Assembly: GCA_951406725.2 (NCBI GenBank)
Contig: OX597830.1
Coordinates: forward strand, 15,438,001-15,502,000
Length of the DNA stretch: 64,000 bases
Direction of reading: 5' to 3'
Origin: Octopus vulgaris
Lineage: Eukaryota
The position numbers and the translations under genes are program-made. How positions within the stretch are numbered: the stretch's first letter is position 1; every line of letters begins with the position of its first letter. Positions 26,428 to 40,215 of this stretch are shown here, in pieces. The notes beneath the pieces are model-generated. The model worked only from the letters and a program-made list of their open reading frames with translations, was not told the origin of the DNA and did no database searches.

Positions 26428-27381
26428 AATTCCTCATTTCACAAATATAAAAAGATTAGTTAATGTTTCTTTTCACATATACGAATCTGCTTTTTCAGCT
26501 TCAGCAGCAATAAATACAAAATGCCGCCCGAATTCCCCAATGAATATCATTGACAATTACCAAACACCAGTTTGACGTACTATAACCAAAACAAACAAGA
26601 ACAACCACCCCCATAGATAAAGTCATATATCGTTTTGGTGTTAATAAAGTATGATGTGGATTTTATCTTGAAATTACATTGTTTTATATTTTTCAACTTT
26701 TAGTTTGTTTGTAGTAAATGTTTTTAATTTAATATAACTACAGACAGATTATATTCTTTTATATTGAATTTAATACCATTGAAAGACGGTCGTGAGAAAA
26801 AATTTCTGTGATTAAAAAGGATGCAGAGTCTCACATGGAAAGTTTATAAAATGATGTACAAGATAACAAAATCATAAGTCCTTTTGCAAACAATAGCCAT
26901 TCTTCGGCTGTCAAGAATTTGTATCTTAAGCTTTTGGAGGAGTTATCTGCAGTAGATAAGTATTTAAAAGAAAAATTAGCCGAGGAAAATAACTGAAATA
27001 AGCCAATGACATTGCTTAAGAAAATCAAAGAACGACTTACGTTCTGTATAATGTACGCAAAAGAAATCTTGTGAAATCAAATTTAACTTTTAGTTCGTTA
27101 AAGAAATTAAAAATCTAGTGACAATAGTTAACGATTCTCAAAGAAAAGGAGATAATTCTGAGATATAAAGATTCAACTTCGAAAAACATATTTCCATGCT
27201 TAAATGAAAATCTGATCTTTATTAGTGAGGTGGGGGTCATCAAGTGACATGTTTCAGCTTTACTATATCTTGTCAGTGCCGCTTTGTCGTCAAGAACTAG
27301 CTTGAGCCAGAGAGAGAAATTTTACCTATAGGAAAAATGTTGCGCATATTTCTTTGGTTAACAATATTTTACAAGTGCATA

Positions 27382-27544
27382 AGGCGCAGGAGGGGCTGTG
27401 CGGTAAGTAGCTTGCTTACCAACCACATGGTTCCGGGTTCATTCCCACTGCGTGGCACCTTGGGCAAGTGTTTTCTACTATAGCTTCGGGCCGACCAAAG
27501 CCTTGTGAGAGGATTTGGTAGACGGAAACCGAAAGAAGCCATCG

Positions 27545-27617
<73 letters not shown>

Positions 27618-27845
27618 ATATATGTATGTGTATATGTTTGTGCGTCTGTGTTTGTCTCCCCAACATCGCTTGACAACCGATGCTAGTGTGTTTACGTCCC
27701 CGTAACTTAGCGGTTCAGCAAAAGAGACCGATAGAATAAGTACTAGGCTTACAAAGAATAAGTCTTGGGGTCGATTTGTTCGACTAAAGGCGGTGCTCCA
27801 GCATGGCCGCAGTCAAATGACTGAAATAAGTAAAACAATAAAAGA
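27382..27845 (+). mobile_element. SINE family A, full length
   Basis: Head, central (TA)n(TG)n, 3' domain and tail. Confidence 0.92.
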
Positions 27846-27849
27846 GAAA

Positions 27850-28245
27850 AAAGTGCTTAGTGTCAATTCATCTGTCTTTACGTCCTGAGTTCAAATTCCG
27901 CCGAAGGCGACTTTGCCTTTTATCATTTCGAGGTCGGTAAAATAAGTACCAGTTGAATTCTGGGGTCGATGTAATCGACTTAAATCCTCCCATAAATTTT
28001 CGGCCTTGTGCCTATAGCAGAAAGGAACATTTTACAAGTGCATGAAGTGGCGAGCTGGTATAATTGTACGCACACCGAACTAAATGCGTAGCGACATTTC
28101 GTCCATCTTTACGTCATGAGTTCAAATGCCACAGAGGTTAACATTACCATTCATCCTTTTGGGTTCGATAAAATAAAAACTGGGGTCAAATCAGCTTTCG
28201 CTTTCCCCCGCAATTGCTATCCTTGTGCCGAAATTTGAATCTAGT
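27850..28245 (+). mobile_element. Two older short-tail family B SINE monomers in tandem
   Basis: gagttcaaat B box and gtcg(a/g)taaaataa each occur twice, separated by a repeated target sequence. Confidence 0.75.
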
Positions 28246-28340
28246 ATTTTACAAGAGCATAAAAATGAGCGTGTGTGTGTGAGGATGCGTGGTTAGGATG
28301 CTGCAAGCTCGATCGCGAGGTTACGGTTTCAGTTCCTAGA

Positions 28341-28395
<55 letters not shown>

Positions 28396-28402
<7 letters not shown>

Positions 28403-28704
28403 GAGTGTATTTTACCTTGTTAACAATTAACACGGAAAATAAATAAATAGTTACCAGGGCAGCAAAAATCTCACAAGTAAAGGTGTTGTAACTCCTTGTT
28501 TATAAAGGTAGAAACTTCGTGTTTACTAATACCATTTTTGCTAAAATGTCTTATTGACGAGTTTCGTTTTATTTACTTTCCTGAGGAGAAGATTGCATTG
28601 TTTATACCATTTATTCTTTTGAATAGTATCAGTGGAATTTTCGAAACATGTGTCGAAAGAAAAAATATTTGATTACACCTGCGTTAACTCCACTTTTTTA
28701 TTCA
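28396..28704 (+). mobile_element. Penelope-like pLTR fragment embedded in (TA)n
   Basis: Non-SINE 310-bp block between (TA)n tracts containing a canonical hammerhead. Confidence 0.7.
28576..28659 (+). ncRNA. Canonical type I hammerhead ribozyme, predicted cleavage after C28654
   Basis: CUUUC-CUGAGGA-GAAGAUU...long stem II...AAUUUUC-GAAAC-AUGU-GUC-GAAAG; all core nucleotides and a GUC triplet present. Confidence 0.85.
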
Positions 28705-28739
28705 TATATATATATATATATACACATAAATATATATTT

Positions 28740-29280
28740 CTTTTATCTTTTACTTGTTTCACTCATTAGACTTCAGCCATGCCTTTAGTCGAATGAATCG
28801 ACCCACTATTCTACTTTTAAGCCTGGTATCGGTCTATCAGTCTATCGGTCCCTTTTGCTGAACAGCTAGGTTACGAGGACGTAGGCACAACAGAAACGGT
28901 TGCCAAGCGGAAGTGGGACACACACTCACACAGACACACAAACACACATACACATAATAATATAAATAATATATAAATATATGCATATATAGATATGTAC
29001 ATACCTACATATATATGTATATATACATGCATATATGGGTACAGGACCTAAAAACGAGACAGATTGAGAAACGAGAAAATAAAGATAATAAACATAGAAA
29101 ATGAACTTTTTTCGAACAACGGGCTTCTTTTCAGTTTCCGTCTTCCAAATCCACTCACAACACCTTGGTCGGCCGGAGGCTATAGTAGGACACTTGCTGG
29201 GGGTGCCACGCAGTAGAACTGAACTCAGAACTATGTGGTTGAGATGCAAGTTTCTTACCATACAACAACGCCTGCACCTA
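28740..29280 (-). mobile_element. Older family A SINE with an insertion in its central microsatellite
   Basis: Tail at 28740, head at 29120-29280, foreign block at ~29030-29115. Confidence 0.7.
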
Positions 29281-29316
<36 letters not shown>

Positions 29317-29320
29317 TATA

Positions 29321-29422
<102 letters not shown>

Positions 29423-29433
29423 CACGTATTTAT

Positions 29434-29491
<58 letters not shown>

Positions 29492-30206
29492 CGCACGAAA
29501 CACTCGGCCTTTTAATGACTCTGTAACTCCTGCCGATTATTGATATAAAACGTGTATACATTCATATTTTGAGTTCTGTTTTCCTGTCTGCACCACCAAA
29601 CTCATATGTGCTACTATAAATTAACAGATAATCGTGTATATGGTCGAATAACATAATTTGACATCAAATTTAGAGAAGCCTTGAAACCTGTTTGCGCCGC
29701 TAAATTGTTGAAAAGCATGGATTTTAGGGGCACATACACTCACACACACACGGGTACACAAACACACACATACCAATACACACACCTGTCAAGACATGAT
29801 CTAGTCGTGTTTAAATGAGATTAGAAATATTAGGCAAACACCACTTAGATATACTTGCTTCCATCTGCCATCACGCATGCGCATAGTTAATCTACACATT
29901 TATACTGACATTCAACCAACATGTTACCATGTACGTATATACTGTACGTATGTACAGTATATAATGACCATGAACAGATACATACATACGATGAACTGAC
30001 ATGACATACATATATATACATATATATACTCACCCACATATATGAGCGCGTGCGTGTATATATATATGTATATATAAATATATACACACACATATATATA
30101 TACATATATATATATATAGACATGCACACACTCATATGTACACACATCGTCGTCAGCATTAGTCATATATAAATGCTTCTATGAATATATACTTGTATGT
30201 GTGTAC

Positions 30207-30268
<62 letters not shown>

Positions 30269-30269
30269 C

Positions 30270-30346
<77 letters not shown>

Positions 30347-30375
30347 AGCATGTTTGTATATATGCGCATAGACAC

Positions 30376-30416
<41 letters not shown>

Positions 30417-30899
30417 CAGAGAGAAGAAGAGAAACGGAAGGGTAGATAGTCCAGGTTTGAAATACGTTGATGCCCTAGAGTTAGCTCTATAATTCTGCCG
30501 TAATGGATGTAGAGAAAAGCCTGCAGGAAACTAAGTCTTGACTCTAAATGAGTCACTGCAATAATGCGCCTCTGTGTGTGTGTTTGTGTGTGTGCTTATG
30601 TGTGTGTACGCGCATGTGTGTAATATAGAGAAGGCGTGAAAGAGAGAGAAAGAGGGAAAGAGAGAGAGAGAGAAAGGATGAGTGAGAAAACGGAAAAGAC
30701 AGTGTTCTTGGAGGTAGTAAAGAGTAAGAGTGAGAGTGAGAGGAAGAGGGAGAAAGGGGGAACTATTTCAAATTTAAACTCGAAATAATAAATAATGGTA
30801 GCGAGAGTTCTCAAACTTAATGTTCGTATGTTAGGGTAAAGAGTTGGTGGAAATACTTAGGCGTCGAAGAATATATTTCATCGTATTTAAGTTCAAATC

Positions 30900-31500
30900 C
30901 TATTTCTTTATTGCCAACAAGGGGCTAAACATAGAGAGGACAAACAAGGACAGACAAAGGGGTTAAGTCGATTACATCGACCCCAGTGCGTAACTGGTAC
31001 TTATTTAATCGACCCCGAAAGGATGAAAGGCAAAGTCTACCTCGGTGGAATTTGAACTCAGAACGTAGCGGCAGACGAAATACCTAATTCTTTACTGCCC
31101 ACAAGGGGCTAAACACAGAGGGGCCAAACAAGGACAGACAAACGGATGAAGTCGATTATATCGACCCCAGTGCGTAATTGGTACTTATTTAATTGACCCC
31201 GAAAGGATGAAAGGCAAAGTCGACCTCGGCAGAATCTGAACTCAGAACGCAGCGACGGATGAAATACCTCTTTTTTTACTACCCACAAGGGGCTAATAGC
31301 AGAAGGGACAAACAAGGACAGACAAATGATTAAGTCGATTATATCGCCCCCCAGTGCATAACTGGTACTTAATTTATCGACCCCGAAAGGATGAAAGGCA
31401 AAGTCGACCTCGGCGGAATTTGAACTCAGAACGTAACGGCAGACGAAATACTGCTAAGCATTTCGCATGGCGTGCTAACGATTCTGCCAGCTCGCTGCCT
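30900..31500 (-). mobile_element. SINE family B multimer, 3 units, inserted antisense into an old B copy
   Basis: Units at ~30938, 31122 and 31306 (184-bp period); old B-box gttcaaatc on the left and old body remnant on the right. Confidence 0.9.
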
Positions 31501-31789
31501 TAAATCTCGTTATTGTCGAATCTGACTTTTATTTTCCCCGTGGTTGATAAAACAAATAATAATAACCACGTGCTTAAATCGATGGAATCGACGACTATTT
31601 CATAGTTTGGATAACATATTCTCTTGCTGTTGTTACGATATCACAAGTTGATTTCTAAAGTCGTATACTTTGATCACATCAAAAGCAGGCCGACCACCAA
31701 GAATCTCTCTCGCGCGGCTGTTGACCAGTAGCCTGAGAGTGATTCTCAACCATATTTTGCTTATGAACTTCTTTGATTCCTATTTCACT

Positions 31790-32400
31790 CTACTGGACCC
31801 CCATAACCATTTAATGTCGAAAAAAAATCTTGGCTCCAGATTCAGTCCCACTGTGTGACACCTTGGGCAAATCTGTCCTACTAAAACCTCACAGGCTGAC
31901 CAAAGCCTTGTGTGTGGATTTAGTAGACAAAAACTGAAAGGCACCCATCGTATGTGTGTGTATGTGTGTGTGTCAGTGTTTGCCCCCAACCTACCGTTTG
32001 ACAACCACTGTTGGTGTGTTGATGTCGCCGTAACCTAGAAGTTCGGCAAAACAAATTGATAGAATAAGTTTTGTTTGATCCTTCTGAGACATGCCTGGCT
32101 CATAAGGGCTAGTTTTCCCGGTTTCCTTAGCGTATAGGTTCCCCACCTGGACAGGACGCCGGTCCATCGTAGGTGAGCTGCAAGATGCAGTAGGAAAGAA
32201 TGAGAGAAAGTTGTGGCGAAAGAGTCAGCGGAAGTTCGCCATTAACCTTCTGCCGGAGCAACGTGACGCTTAGGTGTTTCACTCAGAAACACACACATCG
32301 CCCGGTCTGAGATTCGAACGCGCGATCCCTCGACCGCGAGTCCGCTGCTCTAACCACTAGGCCATGGGCCTCCCCGACAGAATAAGTACTAGGCTTAAAA

Positions 32401-32447
<47 letters not shown>

Positions 32448-32545
32448 ATACTGGGATCGATTCATTCGACTGAAAGTTCTTCAAGGCGGTGCCCCAGCAT
32501 GGTCGCACTCTGACGACTGAAACAAGTAAAAAGATAAAAGATATA
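31790..32545 (+). mobile_element. Old family A SINE interrupted by a family C-related SINE
   Basis: agaataagt duplicated at ~32061 and ~32379 around the insert. Confidence 0.7.
32085..32372 (-). mobile_element. Family C-related SINE, tail type 2
   Basis: Head ggcccatggcctagtggttagagcagcgg on the minus strand; tail cgatggaccggcgtcctgtccagg...gaaaccgggaaa. Confidence 0.8.
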
Positions 32546-33169
32546 AAAAAATATATTATTAGGAATTGAATAAAAATGTGTATTGTAGATGTATAACCGT
32601 TTTATTGCACATAAATTTTAACAACAAAATCTTAAATGGACCCATAAGGGCGAAATGGAAAAATTCTTCAAGGCAGTGCACACAGTCTAATAATAAAAGA
32701 TATAATGAATGATTAAACGGCTCTTTCAACATTCAGTCATAGTGCTGCAGGGTTTGAGTAAGGCAGCTTCTTTCTGGGCTGGGCTGAGTGTTTGTCTGTA
32801 TTACTTTGGTGACATGTGAAGTCAGAGTACATAGGCCTGTAATCTTTTTTAAGTATCAGCTCTGCTTCCACCTTTATGAATAGGGCATATTGTGCCTTAC
32901 TTCATCTTTTTCAGAGATTTCTTAATTGCCGAGAAGCTTTGGGAAAGTTTCTAGTGTAGTTTAGCTAAAATTTGTTTATATATTACTTTTAGTAGGATTG
33001 CTGGGAATCCACCAGGGCCCAGTGAAGAGTTTAAGCTCATTTCATCTAGGGTTGATATTACATCTACCTCATTTATGCCATGTAACAACGAATCGATTTC
33101 CAGTCAGCTTTGTGAATGTTTTGATTGGATAACAGAGTGTAAATTTGTAGTTTCGCTTGAACCATACAT

Positions 33170-33645
<476 letters not shown>

Positions 33646-34216
33646 GTGAAAGAGTAAGTTCTGTTTGGTTCTGGTCCAAGAAGACTTTCGCATTAAAGGT
33701 GAGTTTCATGTTCTTAATGGAGCAGAGACCATGAATGGTTTTGCTCCTGGTGGGCCGAAACATAATTTGTTCCATGCTAGAGTGTTCAGGTGGATCTTAT
33801 GTTTGTGTTTGCTCATGCAATGACATTCCCAAGGGAATGTGACGTTCAGGTCATTCAATTCTAGAGAAGTTGGTCGGTGGAAACAGAGACAAGCCCCTTG
33901 TAGGCACATACTCATACAGACACACGCGCACACATGCACATGCTTTTCTGTTTGTGCTTCTTTGTCTTGACATTACATGGTAGAGTGTCATCATCATACA
34001 AGCAGTAATTTGTTTCCAGTCATCTGTGCAAACATGTCCAGTCATATGGAAATATTACTTTGCTCAGAAACAAGTGAGTGTTGTCGACAGGAAGAGCATT
34101 CAGCTGTAGAAAATGAATTACACCTGACCTAAGCATATTTATTGAAAAGTGGATGTTAAAAACAGTGATGATTATATATATATACATATATATATACACA
34201 CACACACCCACACACA

Positions 34217-34261
<45 letters not shown>

Positions 34262-34371
34262 CGGAATGGTCATTTTGCCAGTTTAGCCAATAAAAACACA
34301 CGCACTATATATTTGGTGTTATTTTGCTTCAGTGTTATTTATATTTTACATTAATCTTAATCTTATTTCGG

Positions 34372-34411
34372 CAAGAGTTCTTTCGTCACACTCCTGTGAC
34401 CGCATCAGTGG
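34372..34411 (-). ncRNA. Hammerhead motif variant (A9C)
   Basis: CCA-CUGAUGC-G-GUCACA(GGAG)UGUGAC-GAAAG-AA-CUC-UUG; perfect 6-bp stem II, weak stem I. Confidence 0.6.
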
Positions 34412-34510
34412 TCCTTTGTTTTCTTCTTTCTTATTTGTGTCTCTCCTTACTAACCGTCAGCCATTTTGTATTTCTATTGTATGTCTTCATTTGCGCATGC
34501 TTATATCTCT

Positions 34511-34589
34511 ATGACCATTCCGAAATATAACAATATCTGTTTCAACACACGACATCACATAAAAAATCTTGCACAACAAATATATAAAC

Positions 34590-34591
<2 letters not shown>
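34511..34591 (+). pseudogene. Conserved terminal peptide MTIPKYNNICFNTRHHIKNLAQQIYKR
   Basis: Within track ORF 34466..34663; gapless match to two other copies. Confidence 0.6.
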
Positions 34592-34655
<64 letters not shown>

Positions 34656-34656
34656 C

Positions 34657-34781
34657 GGAGTAAGCACATAGATGTGAAACAAGGTGGAAAAAAGAGTACT
34701 CAAATACCAGAGGTAGAGTGATATGTTTTATTTAAAAGTAGTAGAAATATAACAAAAGCTGTTACTCAGAGTTTCACATTC
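34657..34781 (-). mobile_element. pLTR-like fragment beginning with a hammerhead 3' half
   Basis: Minus strand GAAAC-UC-U-GA-GU-A-ACAG at 34759-34775; CUGANGA half absent; abuts microsatellite. Confidence 0.45.
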
Positions 34782-35639
34782 ACCTACTTTCTAAGCTGAC
34801 ACAAAGTATTGGGGTCGATGTTCGACTAAAAATTCTTCAAGGTGGTGCCTCAGAATGGTAGCAGCAGTCTAATGACTGAAAGAAGTAAAAGCTAAAAGAT
34901 ACTCGTACAGATTAGAGAATGAACGTAAACATACAAGGATGAGGAAAAGTCAACATTAACTGCTACACATGTGCCTTCCTGCATCGATAAAACCAAATTA
35001 GATCTTCATTTTAGCTCCAAATCATCTCTGACTGAGTAGCTCCATGATCAAATGTATTCCGATCGTGACCATCCCGTCTTTTATTGCAATAAAGTTGTGT
35101 CTAGGAATCTGTAATCCAACGTGTCTTTTTTTCCGAAATATGGTAGGTGCGATTTGTAGGAGATTAAGCTGCTTTTTCTAACAAATTGGGTGGCCATATA
35201 AGTGCTCCCTCGTTAGCACAAGAAACAGTCAGTAGCATATGTACAGTAGCAGAAACCAGCCACCCAATTAGATAATGAAATTTTCTCGAAAGAAAAACTA
35301 TTAATACTTGCTTGATTAACAAAGTCTGACAAATTAGATCTTTAAAGACGGGAAGAAAGAGATTGAACAATGACAAATTAGTCATTTGTAGAGCATCAGT
35401 ATGAAGACAGTCTATAGTAGATACGGCTAGTTACTGATTAAATATAGCAGTATTTTGATTAGAAGGGCGAGGATGATAATAAATGAATAAAATAAATAAA
35501 TGGATAAATAATCAAAAGTTTTACAGAACAACGGATCTGTATTTCATATCCAAAAGTATAAGAAAGAAAAATATCATGAAATTATTGAGAGATTTAAATG
35601 TACATTATGTCACACCAGTATCTTTTATATACAAACTGG

Positions 35640-35980
35640 CACTCTGTCGTTTACGACGACAAGGTTTCCAGTTGATCAGATCAACGGAACAGTCTATTCG
35701 TGAAGTTATTGTCCAAGTGGCTGAGCACTCCACAGACTCGTGTACCTTTAGCGTAGTTCTCAGGGAGATTCAACGTGACAAAGAATGTAACAAGGCTGGA
35801 CCCTTTGAATTGCAGATTCTATTCATTTTTGCCAGCTGAGTGGACTGGAGCAACGTGAAATAAAGTGTTTTGCTGGCTGTCTTCAGCAAGACAAGAATTA
35901 CACAACGCGCCGCCCGGAATCGAACTCGTGACCTTACTGTCGCGAGACGAATACTCCTAACCACTAAGCCACGCACCTTC
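35640..35980 (-). mobile_element. SINE family D
   Basis: Reverse complement of the 42865-43191 organisation. Confidence 0.85.
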
Positions 35981-36012
35981 ACCTCTTATGTACACTCTAT
36001 ATTACACTAACG

Positions 36013-36322
36013 AAGGCGCAATGGCCCAGTGCTTAGGGCAGCGGACTCACGGTCGGAGGATCGCGGTTTCGATTCCCAGACCGGGCGTTCTGTGTGTTTA
36101 TTAAGCGAAAACACTTAAAGCTCCACGAGGCTCCGGCAGGGGGTGGTGGCGACCCCTGTTGTACTCTTTCGCCCCTACTTTCTCTCACTCTTTCTTCCTG
36201 TTTCTTGAGTAACGCTGCGATGGACTGGCGTCCAGTCTAGCTGGGTGGGGGGGGGGGATACATACGCCACAGAAACCGGGAAACCGGGCCCATGAGCCTG
36301 GCTAGGCTTGAAAAGGGCGACG
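36013..36322 (+). mobile_element. SINE family C, tail type 2 (duplicate at ~37921-38232)
   Basis: Head and body, then ctgcgatggactggcgtccagtc...gaaaccgggaaaccgggccc. Confidence 0.88.
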
Positions 36323-36807
36323 TTTATCGTTTTTTTTTATATTACTCTAACACTTGTGGAAAATACAATAACTGTGGTGACGTATGCAACATTTTGTACC
36401 AGTAGACACACAACTAAACAATACTAGGGTGGTCTATTACCACTTCTGAAATTTATAGACTCGCTGCTATCTATAAGAAATATGTGTAGGGTGCTAAAAT
36501 CAAAATGTAATAGATATATTTATAAACAACGACTGGCTTCATAAATAAACGTTTCTTTCAATGGATGGTTTATATATGTTTGTATTAAATGAAAAAAATC
36601 TAGATTCTTTTTTTCATCGAAACTTGAGTGTCTGGCACAATTATAGACTTTGCATTTGCAAATGATAAATGTGAGATTCTAAGTTTTAAGCAAAGCAAAC
36701 TTGCTCAATCATAAAATAACAATCAAGAAGCTTAGTGTGGCAAATATCTTGAATTTCATGAAGTAGGCACAGTTATACGTGAATAAAACCCCAAATATAT
36801 ATAACAT

Positions 36808-36974
36808 AGGAGCAAGGAGTGGCTGTGTGGTAAGTAGCTTGTCTACCAACCACATGGTTCCGGGTTCAGTCCCGCTGCGTGGCACCTTGGGCAAGTGTCT
36901 TCTACTATAGCCTCACGCCGACCAAGGCCTTATGAGTGGATTTGGTAGACGGAAACTGAAAGAAGCTCGTCGTA

Positions 36975-37028
<54 letters not shown>

Positions 37029-37242
37029 TGTGTGTGTTTGTGTGTCTGTATTTGTCCCCTAGTATTGCTTGACAACCGATGCTGGTGTGTTTATGTCCCC
37101 GTAACTTAGCGGTTCGGCAAAAGAGACCGATAGAATAAGTACTAGGCTTACAAAAGAATAAGTCCCGGGGTTAAGTTGCTCGAGTAAAGGCGGTGCTCCA
37201 GCATGGCCGCAGTCAAATGACTGAAACAAGTAAAAGAGTAAA
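36808..37242 (+). mobile_element. SINE family A (duplicate at 38718-39147)
   Basis: Colinear with other copies. Confidence 0.9.
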
Positions 37243-38884
37243 GCTGCAAGGAGAAAATGATATAAAATTTGTACAGACTTGGTTGATTGTATTAATTCTT
37301 AATCTCGAATTTCATGAAGTAGGCACAATTATGGGTGAATAAATCGCCAACTGTAGAGAAGATAGGAATAAAAATATCTTGGAAACAAAGATGTAAGGAA
37401 AAAAACTAATATAAGGTTTGTACACATTTGAGTGATTGAATTAATTCTTAATTCCGTCGATGTCATAAAATAGACCAAATTCGTTTAAGAAAGAACTAAA
37501 TAAATTAATGTAAGTACTCCACACAAGGTGACAAGCTGACAAGTCGTTTGCACGCCGGGCAAAATGCTTAGTAGCATTTCATTTGTATTTATGCCTGAGT
37601 TCAAATACCGCCGTCATCGACTTATCTTTTTATCATTTCGGAGTCGATAAAATAAGTACCAGTTGAATACTGGGTCGACATAACGCAGACTATCTCACTC
37701 ACTCGAACTTGCTGGCCTTATAATATATATTTCTTTACTACCCACAAGGGGACAAACAAGGACAGACAACGGATTAAGCCGATTACATCGACCCCAATGC
37801 GAAATTGGTACTTTATTTATCGACCCCGAAAAGATGAAAGACAAAGTCGACCTCGGCAGAATTTGAACTCAAAACGTAACGACAGACGAAATACCTCTTA
37901 TGTTCTATATTACACTAACGAAGGGGCAATGGCCCATAGCTTAGAGGACAGCGGACTCACGGTCGGAGGATCGCGGTTTCGATTCCCAGACCGGGCGTTC
38001 TGTGTGTTTATTAAGCGAAAACACTTAAAGCTCCACGAGGCTCCGGCAGGGGGTGGTGGCGACCCCTGTTGTACTCTTTCGCCCCTACTTTCTCTCACTC
38101 TTTCTTCCTGTTTCTTGAGTAACGCTGCGATGGACTGGCGTCCAGTCTAGCTGGGTGGGGGTGGGGGATACATACGCCACAGAAACCGGGAAACCGGGCC
38201 CATGAGCCTGGCTAGGCTTGAAAAGGGCGACGTTTATCGTTTTTTTTTATATTACTCTAACACTTGTGGAAAATACAATAACTGTGGTGACGTATGCAAC
38301 ATTTTGTACCAGTAGACACACAACTAAACAATACTAGGGTGGTCTATTACCACTTCTGAAATTTATAGACTCGCTGCTATCTATAAGAAATATGTGTAGG
38401 GTGCTAAAATCAAAATGTAATAGATATATTTATAAACAACGACTGGCTTCATAAATAAACGTTTCTTTCAATGGATGGTTTATATATGTTTGTATTAAAT
38501 GAAAAAAATCTAGATTCTTTTTTTCATCGAAACTTGAGTGTCTGGCACAATTATAGACTTTGCATTTGCAAATGATAAATGTGAGATTCTAAGTTTTAAG
38601 CAAAGCAAACTTGCTCAATCATAAAATAACAATCAAGAAGCTTAGTGTGGCAAATATCTTGAATTTCATGAAGTAGGCACAGTTATACGTGAATAAAACC
38701 CCAAATATATATAACATAGGAGCAAGGAGTGGCTGTGTGGTAAGTAGCTTGTCTACCAACCACATGGTTCCGGGTTCAGTCCCGCTGCGTGGCACCTTGG
38801 GCAAGTGTCTTCTACTATAGCCTCGGGCCGACCAAAGCCTTATGAGTGGATTTGGTAGACGGAAACTGAAAGAAGCTCGTCGTA

Positions 38885-38932
<48 letters not shown>

Positions 38933-39631
38933 TGTGTGTGTTTGTGTGTCTGTATTTGTCCCCTAGCATTGCTTGACAACCGATGCTGGTGTGTTTATGT
39001 CCCCGTAACTTAGCGGTTCGGCAAAAGAGACCGATAGAATAAGTACTAGGCTTACAAAAGAATAAGTCCCGGGGTCAAGTTGCTCGAGTAAAGGCGGTGC
39101 TCCAGCATGGCCGCAGTCAAATGACTGAAACAAGTAAAAGAGTAAAGCTGCAAGGAGAAAATGATATAAAATTTGTACAGACTTGGTTGATTGTATTAAT
39201 TCTTAATCTCGAATTTCATGAAGTAGGCACAATTATGGGTGAATAAATCGCCAACTGTAGAGAAGATAGGAATAAAAATATCTTGGAAACAAAGATGTAA
39301 GGAAAAAAACTAATATAAGGTTTGTACACATTTGAGTGATTGAATTAATTCTTAATTCCGTCGATGTCATAAAATAGACCAAATTCGTTTAAGAAAGAAC
39401 TAAATAAATTAATGTAAGTACTCCACACAAGGTGACAAGCTGACAAAGTCGTTTGCACGCCGGGCAAAATGCTTAGTAGCATTTCATTTGTATTTATGCT
39501 CTGAGTTCAAATACCGCCGTCATCGACTTATCTTTTTATCATTTCGGAGTCGATAAAATAAGTACCAGTTGAATACTGGGTCGACATAACCGACTATCTC
39601 ACTCACTCGAACTTGCTGGCCTTATAATATA

Positions 39632-40215
39632 TATTTCTTTACTACCCACAAGGGGACAAACAAGGACAGACAGACGGATTAAGCCGATTACATCGACCCC
39701 AATGCGAAATTGGTACTTTATTTATCGACCCCGAAAAGATGAAAGACAAAGTCGACCTCGGCAGAATTTGAACTCAAAACGTAACGACAGACGAAATACC
39801 TATTTCTATTTCTTTACTACCCACAAGGGGCTAAACATAGAGAGGACAAACGAGGACAGACAAACAGATTATATCGACCCCAGTGCGTAACTGGTACTTA
39901 ATTTATCGACCCCGAAAGGATGAAAGGCAAAGTAGACCTCGGCGGAATTTGAACTCAGAACGAAACGGCAGACGAAATACCTATTTCTTTACTACCCACA
40001 AGGGGCTAAACACAGAGAGAACAAACAAGGACAGACAGACAGATTAAGTCAATTGTATTGACCCCAGTGCGTAACTGGTACTTATTTAATCGACCCCGAA
40101 AGGATGAAAGGCAAAATCGACCTCGGCAGAATTTGAACTCAGAACGTAGCGACAGACGAAATACCGCAAAGCATTTCGCCCGGCGTGCTAACGTTTCTGC
40201 CAGCTCGCCGCCTTT
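39632..40215 (-). mobile_element. SINE family B multimer, 3 units, 16-bp TSD
   Basis: TSD ctggccttataatata at 39616-39631 and 40216-40231. Confidence 0.9.

Larger units (their letters stand above)
24776..26530 (+). pseudogene. Decayed hAT transposase (Buster/Charlie/ZBED5-like)
   Basis: Motifs in order across frameshifts: ICNECLVNENVKPIKLK, FAVQMDESTDI (~25222), HCLIPR (~25356), LLHIEVQLLS (~25518), FPVLCDLA (~26309), YESAFSASAAINTKCR (~26479). Confidence 0.85.
34256..34591. mobile_element. Penelope-like element between (TA)n tracts with inverted ATG segment
   Basis: IR atatttcggaatggtcat (34256-34273) / atgaccattccgaaatat (34511-34528); minus-strand hammerhead; terminal peptide. Confidence 0.75.
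35981..39801. repeat. Direct tandem duplication of ~1.91 kb (35981-37892 / 37893-39801)
   Basis: Near-identical units, each holding a C SINE, unique DNA, an A SINE and B SINE pieces; ACCT microhomology at 35981, 37893 and 39798. Confidence 0.95.
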
